Part shown: one piece after another, positions 11,023 through 23,836 of the stretch | Layout: every line of letters starts with the position of its first letter | How positions within the stretch are numbered: position 1 is the first letter of the stretch | Assembly (NCBI GenBank): GCA_030265395.1 | Contig: JARFYF010000022.1 | Location: forward strand, 19,180,037-19,244,036 | Source: Rhina ancylostomus | Lineage: Eukaryota | Direction of reading: 5' to 3' | Length of the DNA stretch: 64,000 bases | Program-made: the position numbers and the translations under genes | Notes under the pieces: model-generated | Databases searched by the model: none | What the model was told of the DNA's origin: nothing | The model's input: only the letters and a program-made list of their open reading frames with translations

Positions 11023-11545
11023 NNNNNNNNNNNNNNNNNNNNNNNNNNNNNNNNNNNNNNNNNNNNNNNNNNNNNNNNNNNNNNNNNNNNNNNNNNNNNN
11101 NNNNNNNNNNNNNNNNNNNNNNNNNNNNNNNNNNNNNNNNNNNNNNNNNNNNNNNNNNNNNNNNNNNNNNNNNNNNNNNNNNNNNNNNNNNNNNNNNNNN
11201 NNNNNNNNNNNNNNNNNNNNNNNNNNNNNNNNNNNNNNNNNNNNNNNNNNNNNNNNNNNNNNNNNNNNNNNNNNNNNNNNNNNNNNNNNNNNNNNNNNNN
11301 NNNNNNNNNNNNNNNNNNNNNNNNNNNNNNNNNNNNNNNNNNNNNNNNNNNNNNNNNNNNNNNNNNNNNNNNNNNNNNNNNNNNNNNNNNNNNNNNNNNN
11401 NNNNNNNNNNNNNNNNNNNNNNNNNNNNNNNNNNNNNNNNNNNNNNNNNNNNNNNNNNNNNNNNNNNNNNNNNNNNNNNNNNNNNNNNNNNNNNNNNNNN
11501 NNNNNNNNNNNNNNNNNNNNNNNNNNNNNNNNNNNNNNNNNNNNN

Positions 11546-11720
11546 CCAGAAATAATTACCACTTTTTAATTACCACGGGTCAATATCCTGCAACTCTCTA
11601 CCCAACAGTACTTTTGGAGAGACTTCACCACACAAACTGCAGCCTTCAAAACAGTAACTCAAGGCCACATTCACAAGGGTAATTAAGTATACTCATTTCC
11701 AATTCTTGATTAAAAACCTG
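11546..11720 (+). mobile_element. LINE family B 3' end
   Basis: GGGTCAATATCCTGCAACTCTCTACCCAACAG...ACTGCAGCCTTCAA...CAAGGGTAATTAAG. Confidence 0.55.
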
Positions 11721-13411
11721 TGCATCCCTCTTCAAATTCCTCTCATCTTTACACCATATTTAAGGTGTTTTACAACTTGTCACTGGTTAGGAATGATGAA
11801 GCACAGCTTGATTCACTGTCCATTCCTCATTCTAGGGCTTTACATTGGTCTTCTATTTTCAGCTCCACCCAACTTCAGCTTTTAAAAAGTTAACACTCTC
11901 ATATCTGGATAATTATTATTTCCAGCTTCAGTGCTTAAAAGGTTAACTGACAACATTGTGTGAAAGCAGGGGATTCCTGTGACAGCAGTATATTAATGAC
12001 CAAAATGTCCTAATTCTTCATTTCTTTCTCTAACCACACAAGTATTGTTGCTATCTCAGTGGGAATCATTCAATCAAGTTCCACTTCTGGACCTGTTTTA
12101 AACAGGTCCCTCCAAAAACCCTAGAAAACTGTGTGGCATCAAATCAAGTGAGATGGAAACATCAACAAGCAATACTTCTGTGCTTCCTTTAGCATTGGAT
12201 AGTAAATAATAAACTCGCATAAGACTGACAATGCAATACCACAATCACACTAGCAATGGGACTGGATCATCACATTCTTCATGTAATTGTCATTGCTAAA
12301 TGATAATACCACTTTTCAAAACTGAAAGTGGCCCTCGAGAAGGTCTTAGCTCTTTAATCCCAAAACTGGGCAGCCCTACTTCAAATCTGTTTATAAGAAT
12401 ATCTCCAATACCACAGCATCCCAACACAACTCCTCAAGACCAAGAAATTTCAGCAAAACATCAGAGAAAAGCAGTGCTCTCCTTGAATAGAAGAACAGTA
12501 AAAACAAACCCATACAATCCTTCAGTGCTGACATTGTGCAATTCTTAAATTTTAAATAGTCTTTCAATGCTTTAAATACTTAAGTCTTTGACTGCCATTT
12601 CTAAGCAAAACTTGCTTGTACACTTCTTTCCCTTATATTCCTCAAGAACACAAATAGCCATTAACTAACCCCAGGGAGCAGTTTCTTAAAAAGTGCTGCT
12701 TTTAAACTTGCTTTGTTCGCCCAACACAGCAGTCAACTTCATTTCCATCTGCTGAAAGTAAATCAAAAATAGCCAAAGCTTTCCTGCCTGGAAACAAACT
12801 ACAGCAAAAGAGGAATAATAGCTGCTCTCAGCTTCTCACTCCCAACAACTCACTCAGTAAGTTATATCCCTGCACCATCCATTATCTGTTTCCAAATATC
12901 CCCACTGATTTGCTGCTCTACCAGATGGAAGCCTGGGGTTTGTGTTTCTGAAGACTCCATTGATTTGTCACCAATGATGAGTGTTCACTACAAGTTCCCA
13001 CAATCCCCGAACAGTGAAGATTCTCCCACAATGCCCTCCAGGGGAGAAGACTGAACAAAGGCATAAATTCAGTAGAAAAATCCCCTTTACTTTGAAGTAT
13101 AGGTTTTTAAAATGCTAAAAAGTTGCATAAAAAGGAATGAAATATGCTTTCCCCCCCCCCATAGCAAAGGCAAGATGCAGTTTGGTTTAACTGTTTGTGT
13201 GCTGTGCTTCCTCTATGGAAATTTGTTTCTACAATTCCTTTGTACAAAGCTTTCCGTAATAGATCATCTGCATGAAACAATGTTACCTTCTGCCATAGGG
13301 ATGAAAGCAAATTACATCAGTCACATGGTCACAAAGCTGATCCAGACTGATGATGTGTTCTCCATTATTCTTTTTTTTACTTCCCTGTATACCAAAGCAT
13401 AGTGGTTAAGT

Positions 13412-13540
13412 TGGAGACACAAAAGACTGCTGATGCTGGAATCTGGAGCAACAACCAATCTGCTGGAGGAACTCAGCGGGTCAGGCAGCATCTGTGGAAG
13501 GAATCATCTATGTTTCAGGTCAAAACCCTGCATCAGGACT
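13412..13540 (-). mobile_element. Penelope terminus with variant hammerhead motif
   Basis: Minus strand AGTC-CTGATGC-AGGGTTTTGACCT-GAAA-CAT..., then CCACAGATGCTGCCTGACCCGCTGAGTTCCTCCAGC. Confidence 0.85.
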
Positions 13541-13542
13541 CT

Positions 13543-13890
13543 GTGGTTAAGTTATTGGACTAACATGCAAAGGCCTGGGCCACAAGTCCAGAGACATAAG
13601 TTCAAATCCCAGGATGGCAACTTGGGAATTTAAATTCATATAATCAAATAAATATGGAATTTTAAAAGCATTTGCAATCCATAATGGTGACCATGAAATC
13701 ATCACAAATTCTCATCTAGTTGAATAACGTCCTCAGAGAGGGAAATCTGCAATCTTTACCATCTTATCTATATGTGACTCCAGACCCACTAATGTGGTTT
13801 ACATGGATTGCCCCCTTAGTTCAGTGTCTATTAGGGATGAAGATAAATACTGCCAGCAATATTCACATCCCATGAACTAGAATAAAATAA
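13543..13890 (+). mobile_element. tRNA-derived SINE with family-B-type tail
   Basis: B-box-like AGTTCAAATCCC; tail ATTAGGGATG...ATAAAT...CACATCCCATGAA; homologous copy at 49320-49600. Confidence 0.65.
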
Positions 13891-14439
13891 TGTTAACTCA
13901 GTCCAACTGAATTTATCTTTGAAACAGAAGTAGGAACAAAGTGTTGAAACCAGATTGTGAAGCTAATCTGAAACGACTGTATACTTTGCAGACAAGCTTG
14001 CGCCCATGAAGGTTTATTGAGTGAACTGAATTAATGTTTGCACAGTGTGATTAATTCATTTTGTGAATATACAACAATGATAAAGTGTATAATTACAAGT
14101 TTCTATTGATCTAAATGACACATTCTGCTGTCCAATCACTGGAAAACTGCAAGTAATTCACTATTACAACAATACCTTGCTAGTTGGATGCCAAATTAGA
14201 ATATCATTCACTGTAATTGCATTTTTTCAGGATTCACCATATTCACTGTGTGAATTACCTAATATTTCTTAATTGTTCAATATTATGAAACATTTAAACA
14301 AATCAGTCACTTCTAGCTACTTGAATAAAGCAAGATTTTTTTCAGCATTTCTTCATTTTAGAAAGCTTTGATTCAGATCTAGACAATCTTTTATGATAAT
14401 CAGCATTATCCTGTTAGTTTTGAAACTCTTTATGGCAGC

Positions 14440-14810
14440 GATGGGATCTGTGCCTCAGAGTCATATGTTGTGCCTGCACAAGAGATTTGTGCTCATGAGC
14501 TGGTTTCACACCCCATTTAATTAGTGAGCTGCATCCCAGAAATGCTAAGCCCTGTTTGCACCCTTCATGGGGACAAAATATCTCATGACACTACCTGGAG
14601 ATCAACAGGGAAATTCTCCTCAGTGTCCTAGGCAACATTTATCCCTCAACCAACATTAAACATACAAAAAGATTATTTCATCATTACTTCATTGCTGCCA
14701 TTCTCCTTATAACAGTGATTGCACTTAAAAAGGTAATTCATTGGCTGTAGAGCGCTATAGGGCGTCCTTTGGTTGTGAAAGGTGCTATAGAAATGCAGGT
14801 TCTTTGTTTA
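14440..14810 (+). mobile_element. DeuSINE (SacSINE1-like)
   Basis: Deu-like core CAGGGAAATTCTCCTCAGTGTCCTAGGCAACATTTATCCCTCAACCAACAT and L2-type tail GTTGTGAAAGGTGCTATAGAAATGCAG. Confidence 0.7.
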
Positions 14811-17429
14811 TTATACAAATTTTTCTGACGCAGCAGGAATGAGTTTAATCCTTTTTCAGTTTGGCCATTTGTTTTTAGACAACACTATGCTCCATCTTCG
14901 GATAAGAAGAAATCTAACACAAACTGCATGGCACGACTACAAGTAAGCCTTTGTTATCATGGAGTAGCACTGGAGGCTGATGTCAACCACTCCGATATTA
15001 GTGATGTGAACCAAGAAATCCTTCGATAAAATCAAACATGCACAGAATCAAAAAGGAGCCGCAAAATAGAAAAATTCTGTTTAAAAAGTCCATAAAACAA
15101 TTTGAGTGTAAAAGAAAATGTAAGCATGTCCAGGTGCAGCAGAGCTTGGCTGTTTTATAAACTTTCACGCTTTGCTGCTTTTGTGCAAAACCTGGATATA
15201 TACCCTTCTGCACATTAGACCACACTGTGAAAATTTTATCATCAGCAAAGATTCCAAGTTGGATCAGACAATCAGACAAGGATGAGAAATTCATTGCCTA
15301 AGCATTTTGTTTATGATGCCCAGAGATTACTTTAAAATACAAATAGATTCTATACAAATGATATCCTACATTGAGATACAGTATTGATGGGTATGACTAC
15401 TGCCATACTGAAATGACTGTTAAATAATCATGTTAAGTGGAATGTAGAATATCCACACTATTTTTGCCTCTGAGTGTCAGCCATTGGAACACTATTTCTA
15501 GCTGAAATTTGCATTAAATTTACCAGAAATTTCATGTTCCTGGTTGCCATCCAGTTTTACTCTTATTTCACACATATCAATATCTGAATATAGAAACTGA
15601 GATATATATATATCTTTAGGGCACCTGAGAAACTTCACCTGAGAAACTTCTATTCTTATATTTGATAAGTCAGGCAGAAATGATGGCATCTCTGAAGCGC
15701 TGCCAACATAGCACCTGACCCTGTCAGAACAGAAAAACATTTATCTGTAGAGGAGATCTGATTCATTGTTGACATTCCAGTTTCTTTGAACTTGCAGATC
15801 CATTAGCCCCCATCTACATTCTTTTAAAGAACCAATTTGCATGTGATACGTGCTAAATCTGTACAGCAATTTCTAGACTAGTTCACTGTTGTCTCTATGG
15901 TCTACACCATATTAGAGGTTTGCAAGGGTGATCCCACATAGGAATCTAGTAGCTCTCAAGTAGAAGAAAGAGACCATAACATACCATTACCCATATTAGA
16001 AAATGTTCCTGCCAGTAGGAAAGCCTGAAGCCAGGAGTTAACCTATTTACCTTCCTTCTCATTACAAAGCCAAATCAAATTCAAATGAGAAATCAACTAA
16101 AAGAAAAGAAATCTAAATTAGAATTTAATGAAAATGAATTCAACAAACATATAAATTCCAGGTACAGTTGGAAGTCCGATTTGATGATTTAAAGAATTAC
16201 CATCTAGAATTAAGAACCTTCAAGACAATTCAAGCTGACATATATACCAGCTTAAAACAGAAATATGTGTGTTACAAGCAATAGGTGATCAAAATAATCA
16301 AATGAGAGGTTTTGTTGAGGAATAGATTTCAAATATGAAATTCCAATCCTAGCCATTTATTCAAGCACAATTTTCATTTCTGAACAAATGCTTCTGGTCA
16401 ATCAGACCAGTAAATGGAGTCCTTTTAGTAGTAACACATGAAAGGAACATTGCAAAAGAGACCTCTTCTCTTCCACAGACTTTATCCCCACTACCCGGAA
16501 GAAAATCTACTGCACTTGCGCTGAGCTGCTTTATCCAACCTATCCAATCCTGCTGTGGAAAGGAAATGCATGAGCAGATAAAAAGGCAAATTTTAAACAA
16601 AAATGCAATTTGTTCTAATCAGAACTCTTATATTTTCAGATTTTTTTTTAATAGCTTTAACTATTTGTTCACAGGGTTCATAATTTGCTGTGCATCATAT
16701 GGTGCTGCTATCATGAAGATTAATGCCTCTTTTTGGTTGACAGCAGATTATGAAATTTGCCCAGCATGCACAATGCCTGAAGAAAAACTGTTTGCTCTCC
16801 ATAAGCCACCCAATTCTCTCAAAGAATGAATGCACATCCTCTTGCAAACCTTATATTTCCAGTTCATTATCTGGCAGATTTCAGTCACCATCACAATCTC
16901 AAGGTCTTGTCACTGACACGTGCTCTTCAATAAGGAGTAGGAATTAGGATAAAGGAAGGACAAGGGAAAAATAGAAATCCATCTGTTTTGCTGGTCTTTA
17001 CATTACCTTAGGGAACTCTATTTTAACAATGTAATTTGTTTTCCATCCTCTGAGCTCAGATAATTAAGGCCTGGAAAACAAAAAATAGAAAAACAGCAGA
17101 GCAGCCAAATACACGGGAATGTGAAGTGTGCAAAAGGATTTGAGTGGAACATGTGCTGTATTCCAAAACAGGCAAACGAGTGGAGATGGAATTAATGAAA
17201 GAGAAACTGGAATCAGATGAGCACTTGTGCTTAAGTACTGGCATTTCTGACCAAGGTGCATGGCAGCAACATTTTGCTTGGAAAATCTGTGCTCTTCATG
17301 TACATGCCCAATAGCTGTTCAAGGTTCTTCCCTTTAGTTTATTATATATTTAATAACTTTCCGCATGAAACTGTAGCTCTTCAAGTCCTCTCCTATTTGT
17401 TTCCATTTATTTTAAACTCACGACACTAG

Positions 17430-17625
17430 ATAAGGTAAAAATTGGTAGCATGGAGGTAAAAGGAAAAGTTGGCTGAACTTAAAATTGCTAAGATTTCAGG
17501 ACCAGATAGGATGCATCCAAAGATTTTGAGGGAAATACAGAAGAAAACTGCAGGAGTGCAACCACAGTCTTCCAATGCTCTCAGGACAGGAATGGTGTCA
17601 GAACACAGAAGAATGGTGAGAATAC
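17430..17625 (+). mobile_element. CR1 ORF2 fragment
   Basis: LAELKIAKISGPDRMHPKILREI, the CR1 KSPGPDG.HPR.L.E motif. Confidence 0.75.
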
Positions 17626-17629
17626 TCAC

Positions 17630-17985
17630 TGAGTCAGAGCAATACAGCACGGAAACAGGCCCTTCGGCCTAATTGGTCCACGACGACCAAATGCTGGCTG
17701 GTCTCATTTTCCTTCATTTACCCTAGATCCGTTTAAACCTTTCCTATCTACATACTGATTCAACTGTCTTTTAAATGTTGTTATTGTACTCTGCCTCAAT
17801 CACTTCCACGAGCAGTTCATCCACATACGTACCACCCTGTGTGGAAAAAAAAGTTGCCCCTGAAGTTCCTATTAAATCTTTCCCCTCTCACCTTAAACTA
17901 TGCCCCCTAGTTCTTGATTCCCCAATCCTGGGAAAAAGACCAAATGTATTCACCCTATGCCTCTCATGATTTTATATATTCTCCA
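17630..17985 (-). mobile_element. CR1 3' end
   Basis: ACAGCACGGAAACAGGCCCTTCGGCC...CACCTTAAACTATGCCCCCTAGTTCTTG...CTCATGATTTTATA. Confidence 0.9.
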
Positions 17986-19079
17986 GGCTCCTCCACTCTT
18001 GCACACTCCTCAAAATAATACATTTAATTTACACTGCTGCTCCATGCAAATCCTCTCAACGTACATCACTTCACACCGCATTACATTGCAACTTTCATGC
18101 AATTGCCAATTTCACATCCATGTCTTGCTGAAATCTGCTACCATCTATCTTATTATTTTGCTATGCTTCCACTAGGTTGAAGTTTTGTCTGTAAATTTAA
18201 GAACATCCATTCAGGACATTTATATGTGATGAGATGATTGACAGTCCAAAGACCAATCCTCTCCCCTGCTGGAAAAAACATCTGCTCATGACTATTGCCT
18301 CCTACATCTTAGCCAATAACATACCCAGATTGCCACTAAGCCTTTAAACCATGTGCTTCCATTCTTTGAATAGATCCACTATTATATCAAGTGCCTTTAC
18401 AACAGCTACTGAATCAATCTTCTGTTACTTCATAAAAGAACTTACTGGAATTAATCAAACATAATTATATTCTTGTTGTCTGACAAATACATGCTGTTTC
18501 TCCAAGTGGGAAATAATTTTGTCCTGGACAACTGCCTCTTGTAGCTTCACCATAACTAACATTGCATTGGCTGGTTAGTTGTCCTTTCTCTTTTTTGGAT
18601 TATATGTGCAATATTTCCAATCTTCTGGCACCACTCCTATAACAAATGCATGGTTTCTTATTAAATTACAGATATAAAGTAACATACTTTAGTAGCTGCA
18701 CTCTAACATCTATATGAGTCAGCTGCTGTTACACAAAAGATTAAAATTCCTCAAATAAGAGGAAACCTTAGAAGCAAGACTTTGGAAGGGAAGGCCAAGT
18801 AATCTCAGGACGCCCATTATCAGTGGCAGAATTAAACTGTATTACTGAAAAACCCACACTAGGCTACATGACTCTTATTAAATTTAAACCCAGATTTGTA
18901 TGTGTACATAAGAAGTCCATACAGCAAATGAATTTGTTAAAGACTGTGGAGCAGCTGCTAGTGGTAAAGTGTATTAAAGAAAATCTAATGCTGTCATTTT
19001 TTTCTCTGGGACAAATAGGATTATGAGATAATCTAGAGCTGTATCAGGAAAATAAAATATATTTTCAGTGGTGCTTGGA

Positions 19080-19600
19080 GTGCAGCCGTCTCAGAGTGTG
19101 GGTTTTAGTAAGTGAGAGGGCTTTGGTTGAAGGAGGTTTGTCAGAACTTAACACTGGCCTTAGGTTCGACAGTGTGACATTGGTGCCAGTCAGCTGGGTA
19201 AGCTTGTGAATGCTTTCACTTTTAAAAAAAAATAATTCAAATACAATGTGGGAAATAGAGATTAGATTAGATTACATTTTAAGGTGTTTTTACTAACTGA
19301 GATAGTACGGCAGAGGAGTTCAGTCCCATGTGTCGTCCAGCTTGTAGCATGCAAGTAGTCCAAGACGCTCCTTGCATTGTTGATATCCACATCCACAGGA
19401 GGTGCCCCTGGTTTGACCAGCTTGTGCACTGGGTTTTGGAGCTTGGAGGCATTATGATGTGTCAATGAGACTGACATTTATCTGGCTGGTGCAAAAGTGG
19501 TCACCCCACAGCTTAAGGTAATGCAGTCAGAGAAGCAATCACCAGGCAGAGGAAGGGAGGCAGGCATATAGTCAGGGAAACCTCAAAGTGCATCTCACAT
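19080..19600 (+). mobile_element. CR1 5' UTR/ORF1 N-terminal remnant (zinc finger/leucine-zipper region)
   Basis: From ~19305 a decayed AEEFSPMCRPACSMQVVQDAPCIVDIHIHRRCP..., later VVTPQLK, resembling vertebrate CR1 ORF1. Confidence 0.65.
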
Positions 19601-19619
19601 GAGGCTGCACTCAATTACA

Positions 19620-19730
19620 AGTTGAAGTGTCCTTCAACTTGAAACATTAATTCTGTTTCTCTTTCCTGCTGATTGTTTCCAGCATTTTCTGCTTTTATTT
19701 CATATTTTCAGCATCTACAGTTCTTCAATT
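19620..19730 (+). mobile_element. Old Penelope terminal fragment
   Basis: TTGAAACATTAATTCTGTTTCTCT...TTTCCAGCATTTTCTGCTTTTATTTCA...CAGCATCTACAG. Confidence 0.6.
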
Positions 19731-20159
19731 TGGGAACATAATCTGCCTTCTTCGGCTGCAGAGCAGCCATGCTGTTACATTGTCCCTTGCCTAGAGAAGG
19801 GAAAACCAGCATTGTTTGCTTTCTTAATAACCGTATAAAATAAGATGAAGTTTGAAGAGATTTCAACTCCACTATAAAATAAGCCATCAACAATCATTAT
19901 CAAAGAACACTGATGACAAGAATCCTGTGGGTCTCAGTATCAGAGGGTTGCCTACATCCATGGGGAAAAAATTTCCTGTCCTCAAGGCATTCAAAATTAT
20001 TTTCCAGCCAACAAATTATATTGATATGTAACTATCATTGTATGGACAACTACAGCAGTCCAACTGTTCTCAGCATAACTATACAAACAATATTTGTGAC
20101 AAGTGATTGACCCGCTCTGTTTTTTTGTGAGGCTGCTTGAAAGGTGAAGGCTTTAAAAG

Positions 20160-20810
20160 AGAAAATGACTGCCATTTAAAAAGCATCTTTCAAAATGAGG
20201 ACATCCTAAAGAACTTTACAGCCTGTGAAGTGCTTTCACAAGTTGGTCACTATTGTAATATATGGAAGTGGAATGGATAGCTTGAACACAGCAAGTTCCA
20301 CGAGCAACAGTGTACATGACCTGACTATCTGTTTTTGTGATATTGATTACGGAATAGATACTTGCCAAGACACTGGGTATAAGAGCCTTTCTGTTCTTCA
20401 AAATACTGCCAAGGAACTTTTTATGTCCACCTGGAGACCAGCTCGGGCTTCAGTCTAACATTTCATCTGATCGGAGCAGCATTTCCTCAGTACTAGATTT
20501 TTATAAACTTAGGTTTTTATGCTCACAACTCAAAAATCTTGAACGCATAAGGTTCTGACTTAGAGATAATTGTACCGCCAGTTATGTCATAGCTAACACA
20601 CACTGGCCAGGATACTAGAAGAAATTTCCTCTGAATTGTGTCAGGGCTATCTTTGATTCCCCCTGAAAAGGTTAACAGCCCTTGGTATAATGTCAAAAGA
20701 CAAATGCCTTCTTAAACAATGCAGTATACCTTCACAGACCATTGAAGTGGCATCCTTGTTCATACTTTGAACTCCAGGACTGGTATTGAAATCCAGAGCC
20801 ATCAGACACA
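20160..20810 (-). mobile_element. DeuSINE copy plus an adjacent second fragment
   Basis: Reverse complement of the tail (ACATCCTAAAGAACTTTACAGCC), core (GCCAAGACACTGGG...GTTCTTCAAAATACTGCCA) and head. Confidence 0.65.
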
Positions 20811-21479
20811 CAAGTTCAAGTTAAATATTACGTGAGAAATGACCTTGATGAAAGAAGAATATAATTGGAACTTCACCAAGTCAAAATCCTCACAATGAAC
20901 AGAGCAGTTGACATGACGAGCCTGTACATGGAAGCACTATTACTGAGATTGTCAGTAGCTGGAATTTGGCCCAAGTTTGTGTTTATTTGACACAGACAGA
21001 AATCAGATACTTGTAAGAGAGACCAACTACATGTTGAANNNNNNNNNNNNNNNNNNNNNNNNNNNNNNNNNNNNNNNNNNNNNNNNNNNNNNNNNNNNNN
21101 NNNNNNNNNNNNNNNNNNNNNNNNNNNNNNNNNNNNNNNNNNNNNNNNNNNNNNNNNNNNNNNNNNNNNNNNNNNNNNNNNNNNNNNNNNNNNNNNNNNN
21201 NNNNNNNNNNNNNNNNNNNNNNNNNNNNNNNNNNNNNNNNNNNNNNNNNNNNNNNNNNNNNNNNNNNNNNNNNNNNNNNNNNNNNNNNNNNNNNNNNNNN
21301 NNNNNNNNNNNNNNNNNNNNNNNNNNNNNNNNNNNNNNNNNNNNNNNNNNNNNNNNNNNNNNNNNNNNNNNNNNNNNNNNNNNNNNNNNNNNNNNNNNNN
21401 NNNNNNNNNNNNNNNGTTACTCTCCTTAACTACAAGTATAGATTAAAGGAACAGCAAGGTAGTATTTGCTAAATATGGT

Positions 21480-22080
21480 ACTTAAAGAGCACTAGCTAAA
21501 TGCCACCTTCATCACGGGGGCTGCAATCAAGAATATCATCCAGTCACCACTGACCATCCATTCCAACACCTTGGTTACAATGGTCAGGTAATGACTAGAT
21601 ACTATGCAATGAGGGGATTTCACTCCACCCTTCAAAGCCTCTTCACCATACAAATTAGGAGCGCAACAGAATATTTACCATTTCCCTGAACAGTTTGCAA
21701 CCACAGCAGGGTCAAGAAATAGAACATCAACATGAATACGGAAGATTATTTGAAATGAATAACATCTCATTCCATCAACTTGCACACTGTGGTTGTAGTA
21801 TCTATGAGTTCTTGTGCCAATCAAACCTCTCTCTCCAGTGACCTCAACCACCAAGAAAGTAAACAGTGAAAGCACAATTACCTGAAAGTTTCATTTCATA
21901 TACACTATCCCAACTTGATACATGTTGCTTTCTTCAATAATAATATCCTGAAATTCGCTACTGAAAACTTTCACTTGGGGTATCATTGCCACAGGGATGA
22001 CAGCAGTTCAAAGACTGGGTGCTTCACCACTAACCATTGATGGATAATAAATCCCTATCACTGGCCTCCATATCTGGAAA
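21480..22080 (+). mobile_element. Decayed LINE family B 3' portion
   Basis: Degenerate homology to family B, ending CAGCAGTTCAAAG...CACCAC...AATAAAT. Confidence 0.5.
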
Positions 22081-22805
22081 CAATTATTTAAAAGCTGGAT
22101 CATTTTAATATCTTCAATACTGACAAAAAGAATGAAAAAGTTAAATAACAGGATGCTCTTAAATATAGTTACTATTAAAAAAAAGACTTCCAGGAAATGA
22201 CTACGTTATTCTGTCAGTCAGAATTATGCTGCACTCAACATACCACTTTCAATTTATCTCAATAACTGGTGATGTTATGGAAGGGAAATCATTAGATCAA
22301 TTACTCTTCTTTCAAATGAAAAACTGCAGGCACCAATGATTTAGATTTCAACGTATAGTAAGAGTGAAGTAAGAATGATTGTTTGATTCATAGAAGTGCC
22401 CACTTATGGGTTATCCCAATATAGCTGATAACTGGATTTCATGACAAGATGCAGAAGAGATGTACTTCAAATGTCATTGGGAAAACAACATTCAAAGCCA
22501 TGCCATTTTTACTGTCATATTCCAATAACATCCAAGCTGGAAGAAAATGGTGCTGCAATAATTGTTGCTTCAATCAACAAATTGTTTCAATTTCAAAAAA
22601 ACAAATTATACTCCATTTCTTTCACTTCAAATGTTGACTCTAAAGATTTTCATTGTGCAGTCTTATGCAAATCTAGGTGCAAGACAGGAAACTAAAATAA
22701 CCTCTGATAATTCACTTGAGCCAACATCTCCCTGCCAACAATTTTGTAATATACCACAAAAGACAATGAGTATCACCATGATATGAATACATTTCCCCAT
22801 CTTTA

Positions 22806-22964
22806 TAGAACATAGAACACTAGAGCACAATACAGGCCCTTCTGCCCAAAATGTTGTACCAACATTTCATCCTGCTCTAAGATCTATCTAACCCTTCCCT
22901 CCCACATGGACACATGAATGATAGAAAAATAGGGGACTAAGAGTCTCTTAAATGTCCCTAATGT
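22806..22964 (-). mobile_element. CR1 3' end with internal microinversion
   Basis: (CATAGAA)n tail, ACAGGCCCTTCTGCCCA, CTAAGATCTATCTAACCCTTCCCTCCCACAT; same subfamily as 6775-7550. Confidence 0.9.
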
Positions 22965-23720
22965 NNNNNNNNNNNNNNNNNNNNNNNNNNNNNNNNNNNN
23001 NNNNNNNNNNNNNNNNNNNNNNNNNNNNNNNNNNNNNNNNNNNNNNNNNNNNNNNNNNNNNNNNNNNNNNNNNNNNNNNNNNNNNNNNNNNNNNNNNNNN
23101 NNNNNNNNNNNNNNNNNNNNNNNNNNNNNNNNNNNNNNNNNNNNNNNNNNNNNNNNNNNNNNNNNNNNNNNNNNNNNNNNNNNNNNNNNNNNNNNNNNNN
23201 NNNNNNNNNNNNNNNNNNNNNNNNNNNNNNNNNNNNNNNNNNNNNNNNNNNNNNNNNNNNNNNNNNNNNNNNNNNNNNNNNNNNNNNNNNNNNNNNNNNN
23301 NNNNNNNNNNNNNNNNNNNNNNNNNNNNNNNNNNNNNNNNNNNNNNNNNNNNNNNNNNNNNNNNNNNNNNNNNNNNNNNNNNNNNNNNNNNNNNNNNNNN
23401 NNNNNNNNNNNNNNNNNNNNNNNNNNNNNNNNNNNNNNNNNNNNNNNNNNNNNNNNNNNNNNNNNNNNNNNNNNNNNNNNNNNNNNNNNNNNNNNNNNNN
23501 NNNNNNNNNNNNNNNNNNNNNNNNNNNNNNNNNNNNNNNNNNNNNNNNNNNNNNNNNNNNNNNNNNNNNNNNNNNNNNNNNNNNNNNNNNNNNNNNNNNN
23601 NNNNNNNNNNNNNNNNNNNNNNNNNNNNNNNNNNNNNNNNNNNNNNNNNNNNNNNNNNNNNNNNNNNNNNNNNNNNNNNNNNNNNNNNNNNNNNNNNNNN
23701 NNNNNNNNNNNNNNNNNNNN

Positions 23721-23836
23721 ATGTGGGAGGGAAGGGTTAGATAGATCTTAGAGCAGAATAAAATGTCGGCACAACACTGTGGGCTGAAGGGCCTGTATTG
23801 TGCTGTAATGTTCTGTGTTCTACGTTCTATGTTCTA
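23721..23836 (+). mobile_element. CR1 3' end, inverted relative to the 22806 copy
   Basis: ATGTGGGAGGGAAGGGTTAGATAGATCTTAGAGC...GGGCTGAAGGGCCTGTATTGTGCTGTAATGTTCT. Confidence 0.9.

Noticed and set aside
10975-23740. Longest ORFs in the track (10975-11569, 20977-21429, 22952-23740 and other X-containing ORFs)
   Set aside because: They are open only because they run through N gaps.
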